Assembly: GCA_964520615.1 (NCBI GenBank)
Contig: CAZFNL010000120.1
Coordinates: 1-62,105, forward strand
DNA: 62,105 bases
Direction of reading: 5' to 3'
DNA from: an uncultured Gammaproteobacteria bacterium
GTDB taxonomy: Bacteria; Patescibacteriota; Microgenomatia; 2-02-FULL-39-11
Both the position numbers and the translations under genes were made by a program. Positions 1 through 8,904 of this stretch are shown here, piece by piece (position 1 is the first letter of the stretch; every line of letters starts with the position of its first letter). The notes under the pieces are model-generated. The model worked only from the letters and a program-made list of their open reading frames with translations, was not told the DNA's origin and did not search any database.

Positions 1-690
1 AACTACAATATACAAAAGGAAAACCATCTTGGCATAAGCGTCTTTCCCTATGCCATCCTTGAGTCAACAGCGCTACAACCATTTCTTGATAGCATGATTC
101 CAGAAAAGGTCATTGGTGAATCGGATGAAGACAAAAGAGAAATAGTAGTTTATCAATTTGATAATCTACCTAAAGTGGCCTCCCTCCCCGGACCCAAATT
201 TGTCTTTGTCCATATCATCTCCCCCCACGGTCCGTATGTTTTTGACAAAAACTGCGGCGTGACATCCTATACCCAAAACTGGTACCGGCCGGAAGAGCAG
301 AATTATACAGCTCAAATCAACTGTATTAATAAAAAACTGGAAACGGCAATCGATTCTATCCTGAAGACTTCGTCCAAACCGCCTGTCATACTCCTTCAAG
401 CTGATGAGGGCGCCAAGTTCATCGCCGGCATGCTCAAACCTGAGGAAAGCTGGCAAAACGCTACCACTACCCAACTGAAGATGAAATTTCCCATTCTCTC
501 TGCTTACTATCTGCCTGGAGAACCAAAAGACAAGCTATACCAAACTATAACTCCTGTAAACTCATTTAGGATAATATTCAACTTATATTTTGACGCCAAA
601 ATGCCGCTTTTACCTGACAAAAATTATATTTATCTGGATAACAAACATCTCTACGATTTCCGCGACGTCACTAAAGAAATACATGGCTGA
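1..690 (+). CDS. Sulfatase/alkaline-phosphatase-superfamily-like protein, C-terminal part (5' truncated by window)
   Basis: Frame open from position 1; FVFVHIISPHGPY and VILLQADEG resemble sulfatase/LTA-synthase-like motifs. Confidence 0.5.
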   Translation, partial: NYNIQKENHLGISVFPYAILESTALQPFLDSMIPEKVIGESDEDKREIVVYQFDNLPKVASLPGPKFVFVHIISPHGPYVFDKNCGVTSYTQNWYRPEEQNYTAQINCINKKLETAIDSILKTSSKPPVILLQADEGAKFIAGMLKPEESWQNATTTQLKMKFPILSAYYLPGEPKDKLYQTITPVNSFRIIFNLYFDAKMPLLPDKNYIYLDNKHLYDFRDVTKEIHG

Positions 691-723
691 CAGGTATATT
701 TTCCAAAGAAGTATTTAGAAGAT

Positions 724-1038
724 TTAATTATGGTACCTTGTTGCAAATCTTTGGATTTCGTCCAATACCGGCAGCATACCCATGCCACGTTTACTCAGGT
801 GATAAGTAACTGACAGCTTGTCATGAATCTCCGCTTTGCGACTTATGAAATCTGCCCTCTCAAGCCTTTTTAACCTGTTAGTCAGGGTTACCGGATTAAG
901 ATTATTTAGCGCCCTTTGCAGCTGGCAAAATCTCAGGTTCCCCTTTCTCAACTCCATGATTATTGACAATGTCCAGAAATCTCCTATAACTTTGAGTAAC
1001 TTATTGCATTGTTTCTGGTTTTTCTCCTCCATGACCAT
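724..1038 (-). CDS. HxlR-family winged-helix transcriptional regulator
   Basis: C...LKVIGDFWTLSII, RFCQLQRAL, LTNRLKRLE, YHLSKRG typical of HxlR/DUF24; divergent from FMN reductase. Confidence 0.9.
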   Translation of the reverse strand: MVMEEKNQKQCNKLLKVIGDFWTLSIIMELRKGNLRFCQLQRALNNLNPVTLTNRLKRLERADFISRKAEIHDKLSVTYHLSKRGMGMLPVLDEIQRFATRYHN

Positions 1039-1060
1039 AATTTTATCCTCTTTTCCTCTC

Positions 1061-1114
1061 TTGACTATTTATTATTTGTACTATAATATATATAGTACTA
1101 TATTTATTATAGTT
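1061..1114 (+). promoter_or_regulatory. Sigma70-like promoter (TTGACT-17-TAATAT) overlapped by two tandem ACTATA-N5-TATAGT palindromes; putative HxlR-family operator
   Basis: TTGACT 1061-1066, TAATAT 1084-1089; TACTATA-atata-TATAGTA 1079-1097; ACTATA-tttat-TATAGT 1097-1113. Confidence 0.6.
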
Positions 1115-1152
1115 ATTATACAATAATATTTACTAAAATTAAAGGAGGCAAT

Positions 1153-1764
1153 ATGGCAAATTCAGATAAATTAAAAATACTGGTAATCCTAGGCAGTACC
1201 CGCAAAAAAAGATTCGGCGATAAAGCCGCAAAGTTTATTTACTCAGAGGCGGTAAAAAGGGATGATATGGATGTAGAACTTGTCGACCTGCGCGACTATC
1301 CCCTACCCTTTTTTGATGAACCTATATCCCCTTCAAGAATCACTGACGGAAAATATGCCAATCCGACTGTCCAAAAGTGGGCGGATAAAGTCAGTGTAGC
1401 AGACGGGTTTGTCATAGTCACCTCCGAGTATAACCATGGTTATCCAGCGGTGCTGAAAAATGCACTTGACTATGTATATTATCCGTGGAATAAAAAGGCT
1501 GTAGGCTTTGTAGCATACGGTAGCGTAGGAGGAGCAAGATCTGTAGAGCAACTGCGTGAAGTGGCAGTCGAACTACAGATGGCACCAATTAGAACCGGAA
1601 TACACATTCCATTTCAGGTAATGATGGAAATATTTAACAAAAAAGAGGGTGACAAAACAGATTATTTTTCGGCTTTCCGTCAGCAAGCAGGAGATTTTCT
1701 TTCACAACTTGCCTGGTGGACAAAGGCTCTTAAAGCGGCACGACAGACAGATATCATAAAATAA
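1153..1764 (+). CDS. NADPH-dependent FMN reductase (flavodoxin-like)
   Basis: LGSTR, DLRDYPLPFFDE, VTSEYNHGYPAVLKNALD, GGARSVEQLR; AAGGAGG RBS. Confidence 0.92.
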   Translation: MANSDKLKILVILGSTRKKRFGDKAAKFIYSEAVKRDDMDVELVDLRDYPLPFFDEPISPSRITDGKYANPTVQKWADKVSVADGFVIVTSEYNHGYPAVLKNALDYVYYPWNKKAVGFVAYGSVGGARSVEQLREVAVELQMAPIRTGIHIPFQVMMEIFNKKEGDKTDYFSAFRQQAGDFLSQLAWWTKALKAARQTDIIK

Positions 1765-1965
1765 AAGCGAGATGTCCCATCTGTCCATTCCAAAATCGTA
1801 ACGGTTCCATAACTTCAACATATTCTTAAGCTAATACCCCTAAAAATTGTTATAATCAATCCGGGTGAAATTTAGATGGAAGACTTTGGCATACTCTACA
1901 ATTGATGATTTCATAAGAAACATCCAATAATTTTTTTAGCCTCCGATTACTGCTATAATTTGTTT

Positions 1966-3144
1966 ATGAAATTCATTTTCCTTACTCTCCCGGCATATGG
2001 ACATCTCAATCCTACGCTTGGAGTAGCAAAAGAACTGGTAAGACGAAAGCACAAAGTTATTGTCTACAATACTGAAGATTTCAGGGGAAAGATAGAAAAA
2101 ACTGGAGCAGAGTTTCGCCCTCCTCCTATAAAAATCAAAATACCAGATTTGCGCGTTATGCAAAATGCGGAAATTATAGCCAAACTGAACCTTCAAGTAA
2201 CAAGACAAATACTCCCATATCTTGAAAGGATGATAGAAATTGAGAAACCTGACTGTGTACTTCACGACGCAATGAATCTGTGGGGTAAACTATCAGGTAT
2301 ACGATCCAAAACACCGTCTGTTTCACTTGTAACCAGCATGGTCCTCCACCCGGCAGTTCTTCTAAAATACACCAAATTTCTCCTACCGGATTATTTCAGG
2401 CTGATAAAACATACGAAAGATACTTTCCAGATATTTAAGGATTACCGCAATTTATATAAAAAGGTCGGCAGGCGGGTACCTTTTATTACCGACATGTTTA
2501 TAAATAGTGAAAAGCTGAACCTTGTTTTTACATCAAAATATTTCCAGCCATGCTCAGATAGACTTAGTCGGCAATTTAAGTTTGTAGGACCCATCATCTA
2601 CGAAAGACCAGAAGACCCACTCCCTGTAAATACAGCCGGCAAACCTATTATCTATATAGCTCTTGGCACAATCTACAACGACAATACTCAATTGTATCGG
2701 ACATTCATAAAAATACTCTCTGATACTCCATACCGTATCTACCTTTCTTATGGCAACCATATAAAACCTCAGGATTTGGGAGAAATACCGGAAAACATCA
2801 CCATCGGCAGTTACCTGCCGCAACTATCGATTCTGAAAAAAGCTTCCCTTTTCATCAGCCACGGTGGAATGAACAGTGTCAACGAAAGTCTTTATTTTGG
2901 CGTACCTATGCTTTTTTTTCCATTTATTCAAGAACAGAAAGCCAATGCTTCAAGGGTCGAAGAACTCGGCGCCGGAATAAGTTGGAATAAAAAACCAGTT
3001 GAAAAGGAAAACTTCTTGGGAACCATAAATGAACTTATGGCAGATCAAAAATACAAACAAAACGCAAAAAAAATAAGCAAAACACTAAAGGATGCAGGAG
3101 GATATAATAGAGCAGCAGATTTGATAATAACTTATGCAAGCTAA
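1966..3144 (+). CDS. Macrolide-type (MGT, GT1) UDP-glycosyltransferase
   Basis: PAYGHLNPTL, IYIALGT, PQLSILKKASLFISHGGMNSVNESLYFGVP, EQKANA. Confidence 0.9.
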   Translation: MKFIFLTLPAYGHLNPTLGVAKELVRRKHKVIVYNTEDFRGKIEKTGAEFRPPPIKIKIPDLRVMQNAEIIAKLNLQVTRQILPYLERMIEIEKPDCVLHDAMNLWGKLSGIRSKTPSVSLVTSMVLHPAVLLKYTKFLLPDYFRLIKHTKDTFQIFKDYRNLYKKVGRRVPFITDMFINSEKLNLVFTSKYFQPCSDRLSRQFKFVGPIIYERPEDPLPVNTAGKPIIYIALGTIYNDNTQLYRTFIKILSDTPYRIYLSYGNHIKPQDLGEIPENITIGSYLPQLSILKKASLFISHGGMNSVNESLYFGVPMLFFPFIQEQKANASRVEELGAGISWNKKPVEKENFLGTINELMADQKYKQNAKKISKTLKDAGGYNRAADLIITYAS

Positions 3145-4352
3145 TAAATTGGTAATACTCCACTTTTGAGACTGAAAGGATTTAGAGTCCAAACAAGCTT
3201 GCATTGCAGTATAAACCCCACGTCATCCTCAACTATAGCTTTGTGTTTCCTTAGTAAAGTCTTATATTCCTGCCACCATAAAGATCTGGGTTTAACCTCA
3301 GAAAGTTTAACCAACACTGCTTTAGCAAAATCCTGGTTGACTTTATGCAGGAGAAAATGCCTGATGGACTTTTTTCCATCCGTCACCAAAAGACCATAGC
3401 CTTTTTGCCGGCAATACTTTTGCATCAATTTCCATTTGAAAACATTTTCCGAAAGCGCCATCTTAAAAACCGGACGCACATCAACCACGATCCGTTTTCC
3501 GCTGGAAAGCTCAAATAGGCAATCAGGATATATATATCTATCCTTGTCTTGTAACCGATATGACAGTTTCAAAGGTTGCTCTTTATACCAAACTACATCA
3601 TCATGTTTCTCCATATAAATAAACATCTCTTTTTCACGCCCTGATTCAAATTGTACTTCTCTTTTAAGCTTGTGGCTGTAAAAAGAGCCTGAATTTTTCT
3701 GGTAATCGAAAGGTACATTTCTTATCCTTCTTTTACTTTCCAGGCTGACTTCCTTAATGTCTGGTAAAGATAAGTCATTCATTTCCTCCAACTGTCCAAA
3801 CCACTCAACTTCAGACAATAATTTCCTAAAAACCAAAGACTGCTTATTATTTAGGTAGGAAGGTAAAGTCTTTACGGATTTATTCATCAGTCTCCTGACT
3901 TTTTTTATAAGTATTTTATGTCGGGAGAACGAAGGATACGCCAGAAGAAGAATCAGATTTTCTATACCATATCTTGCCGGCAAATAGGAAAAATATCTTT
4001 TTATGTATCTTGATATACGTCCGGCCAGCTTTTTATCCGTTTTACCTGTATCCCTAAATCTGTTTTTAAGATATGAAGAAATTCTCTGTGATGCGTTGTC
4101 TGCATCTACGTTTTTCATATCCGCTGTCATTTTTGATCTTATGAGGACTATGGCAGATCTGGAATCTTTTTTTATTTTTTGTAAAGGGAAACCTGTTTGC
4201 CTGGATATTTGAAAAAAAGTTAACGGTTTTTCACCACCAAAACCATACCTTTTCTCTAAAGCTTTCCTGTCTCGTAAAGACATACATGCTTCTTTTGCCA
4301 AATCTGCAAATAACTCCCCGAATTTCTTATCCCTAAGTGTATTACCTAACAT
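3141..4352 (-). CDS. Sigma70-region-4-like HTH fused to TnsA N-terminal-like PD-(D/E)XK endonuclease
   Basis: N-term RDRKALEKRYGFGGEKPLTFFQISRQTG; C-term FESGREK, YKEQPLKLSY, YIYPDCL, VVDVRP. Confidence 0.65.
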   Translation of the reverse strand: MLGNTLRDKKFGELFADLAKEACMSLRDRKALEKRYGFGGEKPLTFFQISRQTGFPLQKIKKDSRSAIVLIRSKMTADMKNVDADNASQRISSYLKNRFRDTGKTDKKLAGRISRYIKRYFSYLPARYGIENLILLLAYPSFSRHKILIKKVRRLMNKSVKTLPSYLNNKQSLVFRKLLSEVEWFGQLEEMNDLSLPDIKEVSLESKRRIRNVPFDYQKNSGSFYSHKLKREVQFESGREKEMFIYMEKHDDVVWYKEQPLKLSYRLQDKDRYIYPDCLFELSSGKRIVVDVRPVFKMALSENVFKWKLMQKYCRQKGYGLLVTDGKKSIRHFLLHKVNQDFAKAVLVKLSEVKPRSLWWQEYKTLLRKHKAIVEDDVGFILQCKLVWTLNPFSLKSGVLPIY

Positions 4353-4407
4353 AACAATCTAATTGTTCCATAGCTTTTTGTCCTGGTCAATCTTTTAAAT
4401 AGTTATA

Positions 4408-4436
4408 TTGACATCTAAAATTATTCACCATATGCT
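4408..4436 (+). promoter_or_regulatory. Sigma70-like promoter for prk
   Basis: TTGACA-17-TATGCT. Confidence 0.55.
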
Positions 4437-4462
4437 TAATTTATATATTTGTTTCCGACTTT

Positions 4463-5566
4463 ATGAGCCAATCATTAAATTATCAGAGTAAACATTTCCA
4501 ATTCGGCTCTTTTGAATCGCACCCTACTTGTCTATTTCTACGTTCTATGTTGGACAGTATTAAAGAACCGTTTATTATAGGCATTGCTGGGGACAGCGGA
4601 AGCGGCAAGACTGTTTTTAGCGATGGAATCAGGAGGCTACTAGGTGAAAGCGTAGTCAAAACGATTGAAATGGACGGTTATCACAAGGAAAATAGGGCCG
4701 AACGCTTAAAAACTGGCCATTTGCCCTTAGATCCATCTATAAACAAACTTGATCTATTACATCAGCACCTGACAGACTTGAAAAAGGGAAAAGCAGTAGA
4801 GATTCCTGTGTATAATCATGCCACAGGTGATTTTGATAATCCAAGACCGTTTGCTCCTGCTCCAATTATTATAATTGAAGGGCTTCATGCTCTTTATCCT
4901 GAATTTCTACCTCTTCTGGATCTGAGTATCTATGTTGATCCGTCTAGGGAAGTAAAATGGAAATGGAAATACAGACGGGATATGGAAAAAAGAGGCCATG
5001 CTGCAGAAAAACTGATAGAAGAAATGCTCAAACGTGAAGCAGCTTATAAAAGATGGGTAGATTTCCAAAAGACAAGCGCCAATATCGTCATTAAAGTAAA
5101 TCTTACCCAAATGGCAAACTATGCCCGATATGAAATGGTCTATGCCATGCCGGAGATGTCCTACAAAGTAGAATTAATTATCCAACCCTCACAAAAACCA
5201 TTACCCAGCCTTATGCTTCCTCTTAATATGGGAGCAATACTTGATAACAACCAACCTCCTTTTCTTCTAGCAGCTGTTCCCAGTCTATATTGGGGAAGAA
5301 AAGTTATGGATGTTATCATTGATGGCTTACTTCCTGAACAGACAATAGCCAGTCTGGAAAATTTTATTGTCAGCTGCACAGGAATCCCGATAAGTGAGGC
5401 AATGAAGAGTGAAGCAAAGGATCTGAAATACGACAGCAGCAATGTCTCAGCTACCAGATTTGCCCAGCTTCTGATTGCCTGGCGGTTTTTGGAACAGGTC
5501 AACTGGAAATATAATGAACTTAGGGAGGGATATACCCAACGTAGTTCAGTTTGCAACGCAAAATGA
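4463..5566 (+). CDS. prk: Phosphoribulokinase (PRK/uridine kinase family, archaeal-PRK-like); alternative start at 4547
   Basis: IIGIAGDSGSGKT P-loop, DGYH, YNHATGDFD, IIEGLH, RRDMEKRG; adjacent to RuBisCO. Confidence 0.8.
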   Translation: MSQSLNYQSKHFQFGSFESHPTCLFLRSMLDSIKEPFIIGIAGDSGSGKTVFSDGIRRLLGESVVKTIEMDGYHKENRAERLKTGHLPLDPSINKLDLLHQHLTDLKKGKAVEIPVYNHATGDFDNPRPFAPAPIIIIEGLHALYPEFLPLLDLSIYVDPSREVKWKWKYRRDMEKRGHAAEKLIEEMLKREAAYKRWVDFQKTSANIVIKVNLTQMANYARYEMVYAMPEMSYKVELIIQPSQKPLPSLMLPLNMGAILDNNQPPFLLAAVPSLYWGRKVMDVIIDGLLPEQTIASLENFIVSCTGIPISEAMKSEAKDLKYDSSNVSATRFAQLLIAWRFLEQVNWKYNELREGYTQRSSVCNAK

Positions 5567-5622
5567 ACTTACGGAGGGTTATACCGATACATTTAATTGC
5601 GAATTCAAGTAAAAGAGGTATA
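5531..5622. mobile_element. Short palindromic insert bounded by TATACC...GGTATA, overlapping the prk 3' end
   Basis: TATACC 5531-5536, GGTATA 5617-5622; imperfect hairpin 5531-5583. Confidence 0.4.
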
Positions 5623-5631
5623 GCCTACCCC

Positions 5632-5694
5632 TTCCTTATCTGCTGGAGGTTTCTGGACCAGGTCAACTGGAAATATAATAATTTAAGTCTATAA
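5632..5694 (+). pseudogene. Recoded duplicate of the prk C-terminus (FLICWRFLDQVNWKYNNLSL*)
   Basis: Aligns to 5468-5530; 21-bp identity 5495-5515 vs 5659-5679. Confidence 0.85.
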
Positions 5695-5695
5695 A

Positions 5696-7084
5696 TCAGT
5701 AAACTATTTTAGGCTCCGTTCCCCATAGCTTTACTGCCTCAGATAGCGCGCTGTCTGGATGGGCTGCAACAAATTCCTTAACCGATTGGCCGTCAGTGAT
5801 GGCTTTTCTTGCCTCAAGAGCTGCTTCGACTCCTCTTTCCGCGCCTTTGGGATGACCTAATACTCCGCCTCCCATCTGTATATAACAGTCTTTACCCATC
5901 TTGCCCATCACCATATCCATTACTCCCGGATGTAATCCTCCGGAAGCGACAGGCCAAACCGTCTTTTTACCAAACCAGTTCTGTCCCAACGTATGGAATT
6001 TTGTATTTGGCTCTGTCATATCTTTTGTCAGAATACGCATAATCTCCTCACTCTCTCCATAATCTTCCATCTTGGCCTTGGGAGAACCACTGTGAAGGCT
6101 ATCAACTCCCAAAAGTCTGTATATTTTGGCGAGCACAATCATGGAAATACTAAAACCTTGCAGGCTACCCACACCAGTTATTCCGCTACCGCTTTCCCTG
6201 GTCATAAATGCATGCATTGCCCGATGTGCATGAATAATAAGCTCGGGATTCTTAAGCCTCATGGTATGGACTGCCGCCATACCGGTCGTCACCACATCTA
6301 TCATCATGCACCTGCCGCCATTTTCCTTTATTAGGTTTGCCCGATAAATCATCGTATCAAGATTGGAATGCGTCAGATTACATAGATAAATTTTTTTCTT
6401 GCCGCCTTTTTCCTCAAGCTCCCTTTGTACAGCAAGAACAAGTTTTGCCCTATCGTCAAACTTGTTGAATGGCAGACTGGTTAGATTCTCATCATCTTTA
6501 ATGAAATCATAAGTCCCATCACCTGCAGTCCAAAGTCTTCTGGCTAAATCTGCCTGTTCCTGAGCCGTCCTTCCCACTTTGGGTTTTGGCACAGTTCCCA
6601 ATATCGGCATCCTTCTTTGATCTTCATCCTGGGCAAGCATATCCCTGACTCCTTCAATACCATATCTGGGTCCGGGAAATGCATCTACCATTTTCTTTGG
6701 AAATCTCATATCAAAAATTCGAAGCCCCTTCACCATCTTCATCCCGCCAATATTTCCGGCGGGCCCCGCCAAATAACCTGACATATTGTCATATTCAAAC
6801 AAGTCCACTTTATAGGCCACCTTAAACATATGGTTGATTTCATCTAGATCGTATACTATAGCTTTGTAATCATCCGCCACCTTTATACCTGAGTCTGGAC
6901 GATCCTCTACCTTTGTCCAGGTACCTGTGGATGATTCAGCTGCCACAGAGGCTGCAGCATCCCTGAAGTTTGAGGGGTCAATATTATCCGCAAGCTCCAT
7001 CTTGAATTGAACCAACACATAATTCTCATCCGGATTCTCAGGTTGCCAGCCTTCCCGCGCAATATAATTTAATTGGACAGCCAT
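5696..7084 (-). CDS. rbcL: RuBisCO large chain, Form III-related, catalytic residues present
   Basis: AAESSTGTW, GN, GTVPKPKVG, DFIKDDEN, HAHRAMHA, HSGSPKAKME, SGG, GGG; AGGAGG RBS. Confidence 0.93.
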   Translation of the reverse strand: MAVQLNYIAREGWQPENPDENYVLVQFKMELADNIDPSNFRDAAASVAAESSTGTWTKVEDRPDSGIKVADDYKAIVYDLDEINHMFKVAYKVDLFEYDNMSGYLAGPAGNIGGMKMVKGLRIFDMRFPKKMVDAFPGPRYGIEGVRDMLAQDEDQRRMPILGTVPKPKVGRTAQEQADLARRLWTAGDGTYDFIKDDENLTSLPFNKFDDRAKLVLAVQRELEEKGGKKKIYLCNLTHSNLDTMIYRANLIKENGGRCMMIDVVTTGMAAVHTMRLKNPELIIHAHRAMHAFMTRESGSGITGVGSLQGFSISMIVLAKIYRLLGVDSLHSGSPKAKMEDYGESEEIMRILTKDMTEPNTKFHTLGQNWFGKKTVWPVASGGLHPGVMDMVMGKMGKDCYIQMGGGVLGHPKGAERGVEAALEARKAITDGQSVKEFVAAHPDSALSEAVKLWGTEPKIVY

Positions 7085-7209
7085 AAAATTTACCTCCTAT
7101 TAAAAAAATAACTGATACTTATCCAGTATATCTTTTTGGAAAGTAAAAATGCAACTAAGGAAAAGAGTACATAAGTATCGTTAAACAATGGATGATGTGA
7201 AATCAACCG

Positions 7210-8388
7210 TTATTCTGTACAATTTGTACCCAAACCGCCTACGCAGTTTTCTGTGGGAGGTTTACCTCTCTCAGGGCATTTGAGGGAATAAATGCACGCG
7301 TCATTTGTGACTGAATCTATTTGTTTAGTGATATTGACTTGGCTATCATTTCCGTAAGTGATAAGAATCCTGTCTAAATCGTCTGGTACGTATTTATCAA
7401 ACTGATTATTTTCTTTTCCATTCACGTACATTTTCAAAGTTTTGCCGCTTATATTACAATATTTTTTACCATTATCCATGGCAAAACAATCATTACTTAA
7501 CTGCATTTTCAAAGATTTGAAAAACTCTCCAAGAGTCACATCCTTTTTGTGAAAATGGATTATGTTCCCATTGCCGTCATGAAGGTGCACATACGGATCA
7601 AGTTCCTTGCCTTCAACCGATTGGTATTTTGCTAAAGAAAAATCTACAGGTATATCATTCAGATAGACCTTAAAATCAACATGAATGTGGTAAGCTTCCG
7701 CTGCCGGCGGCTGGGTAATAGGGATATCTTTTATTGCAGTTTTAACCAAATTACTGAATTCATCAAAACCAGAAGGATTATTCAGTTTGACTCCGTTAAG
7801 GTAAAAAGTCGGAGTAGCATCCACCCCCAAAGAATTGGCATCATCCACGTCTTCTTGTATAAGATCCTGTACTTTCTTTGAGTCTATATCGGCTTTGAAT
7901 TTATTAGCATCTATGTGAAGCGTCTGAGCATATTTGTCAAAAGTGTCTCTAGGATTACCTAAATCAGACCATTCAGATTGGTTCTCATAAAGGAGATTAT
8001 ACATATCAAAAAACTTCCCCTGCAGACCTGCCGCCACTGCAGCCTGTGCCGCTATCTGGGCATTTTGGTGAATTGAAGTAAGAGGGAAATTACGGAAGAC
8101 AAAATTTAGTTTTCCCTTGAATTGGTCTAGTACTTGCTGGACAATCGAATGATACGCTCCGCAAGCCGGACACTGGAAATCCCCAAATTCCACCAGCGTC
8201 GCCTGGGCTGATGGAGAAGATATCTTCTCACTGTCGGCTCTGACCAAAAGATCAGAATTCACCTTGGGACCGGAAAGGTTATTATTGTTTGAAGATTTGT
8301 TTCCTGAAGAAGATAACATCACCGCGGCCACAATAACCAAAACCGTGACAATAATTGTGCCTATAATAAATTTTTTTTCGCCTGACAT
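7210..8388 (-). CDS. Membrane-anchored DsbA-family thioredoxin with extra His/Cys-rich C-terminal domain
   Basis: N-term TM; EFGDFQCPACG, FRNFPL, GVDATPTFYLNG; C-term HIHVDF/HLHD/HFH and 4 terminal Cys. Confidence 0.85.
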   Translation of the reverse strand: MSGEKKFIIGTIIVTVLVIVAAVMLSSSGNKSSNNNNLSGPKVNSDLLVRADSEKISSPSAQATLVEFGDFQCPACGAYHSIVQQVLDQFKGKLNFVFRNFPLTSIHQNAQIAAQAAVAAGLQGKFFDMYNLLYENQSEWSDLGNPRDTFDKYAQTLHIDANKFKADIDSKKVQDLIQEDVDDANSLGVDATPTFYLNGVKLNNPSGFDEFSNLVKTAIKDIPITQPPAAEAYHIHVDFKVYLNDIPVDFSLAKYQSVEGKELDPYVHLHDGNGNIIHFHKKDVTLGEFFKSLKMQLSNDCFAMDNGKKYCNISGKTLKMYVNGKENNQFDKYVPDDLDRILITYGNDSQVNITKQIDSVTNDACIYSLKCPERGKPPTENCVGGLGTNCTE

Positions 8389-8471
8389 GTTTTATCCGTA
8401 TATTTTATTTATTATTCCTCTATAATACAAGACCTTATTAATATATCATGATATACTAAAATGCGCTAAAA

Positions 8472-8891
8472 ATGGACCAAAATAAAATATTAGGAGAGGT
8501 AAAAACCATAGCTATAATCGGTCTATCAGAAGACAGTGAAAAATATAGCCACAAGGTTGGAGCTTATCTTCAATCTCAGGGATATAAAATAATTCCAGTT
8601 AATCCAAACATTTCCGAAACTCTAGGTGAAAAAGCCTTTCCAAATCTTTTGTCTATACCCAAGAGCGTAAAAGTGGATATTGCTGATATTTTCCGAAAAA
8701 ATGAATTTGTTTTTTTCCACGTAAAAGAAGCGGTCAGACGTGGAGATATAAAAACTGTATGGATGCAGGAAGGAATCGCAGATAATAAAGCTCAAAAGTA
8801 TGCACAAGCTCACGGTTTGACAGTCATAATGAACTCTTGTCTGATGAAATTTATAAAGAATGGAAAAAGTCTAGATAAAAAATTATACTAG
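8472..8891 (+). CDS. CoA-binding domain protein (YccU-like)
   Basis: IAIIGLS, GYKIIPVNP, DIFRK, VWMQEGI, NSC. Confidence 0.88.
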   Translation: MDQNKILGEVKTIAIIGLSEDSEKYSHKVGAYLQSQGYKIIPVNPNISETLGEKAFPNLLSIPKSVKVDIADIFRKNEFVFFHVKEAVRRGDIKTVWMQEGIADNKAQKYAQAHGLTVIMNSCLMKFIKNGKSLDKKLY

Positions 8892-8904
8892 AGAAAGACA
8901 GACC

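Noticed and set aside
3141-7084. Tn7-like transposon carrying prk-rbcL
   Set aside because: No TnsB/C/D, no terminal repeats or target duplication seen.
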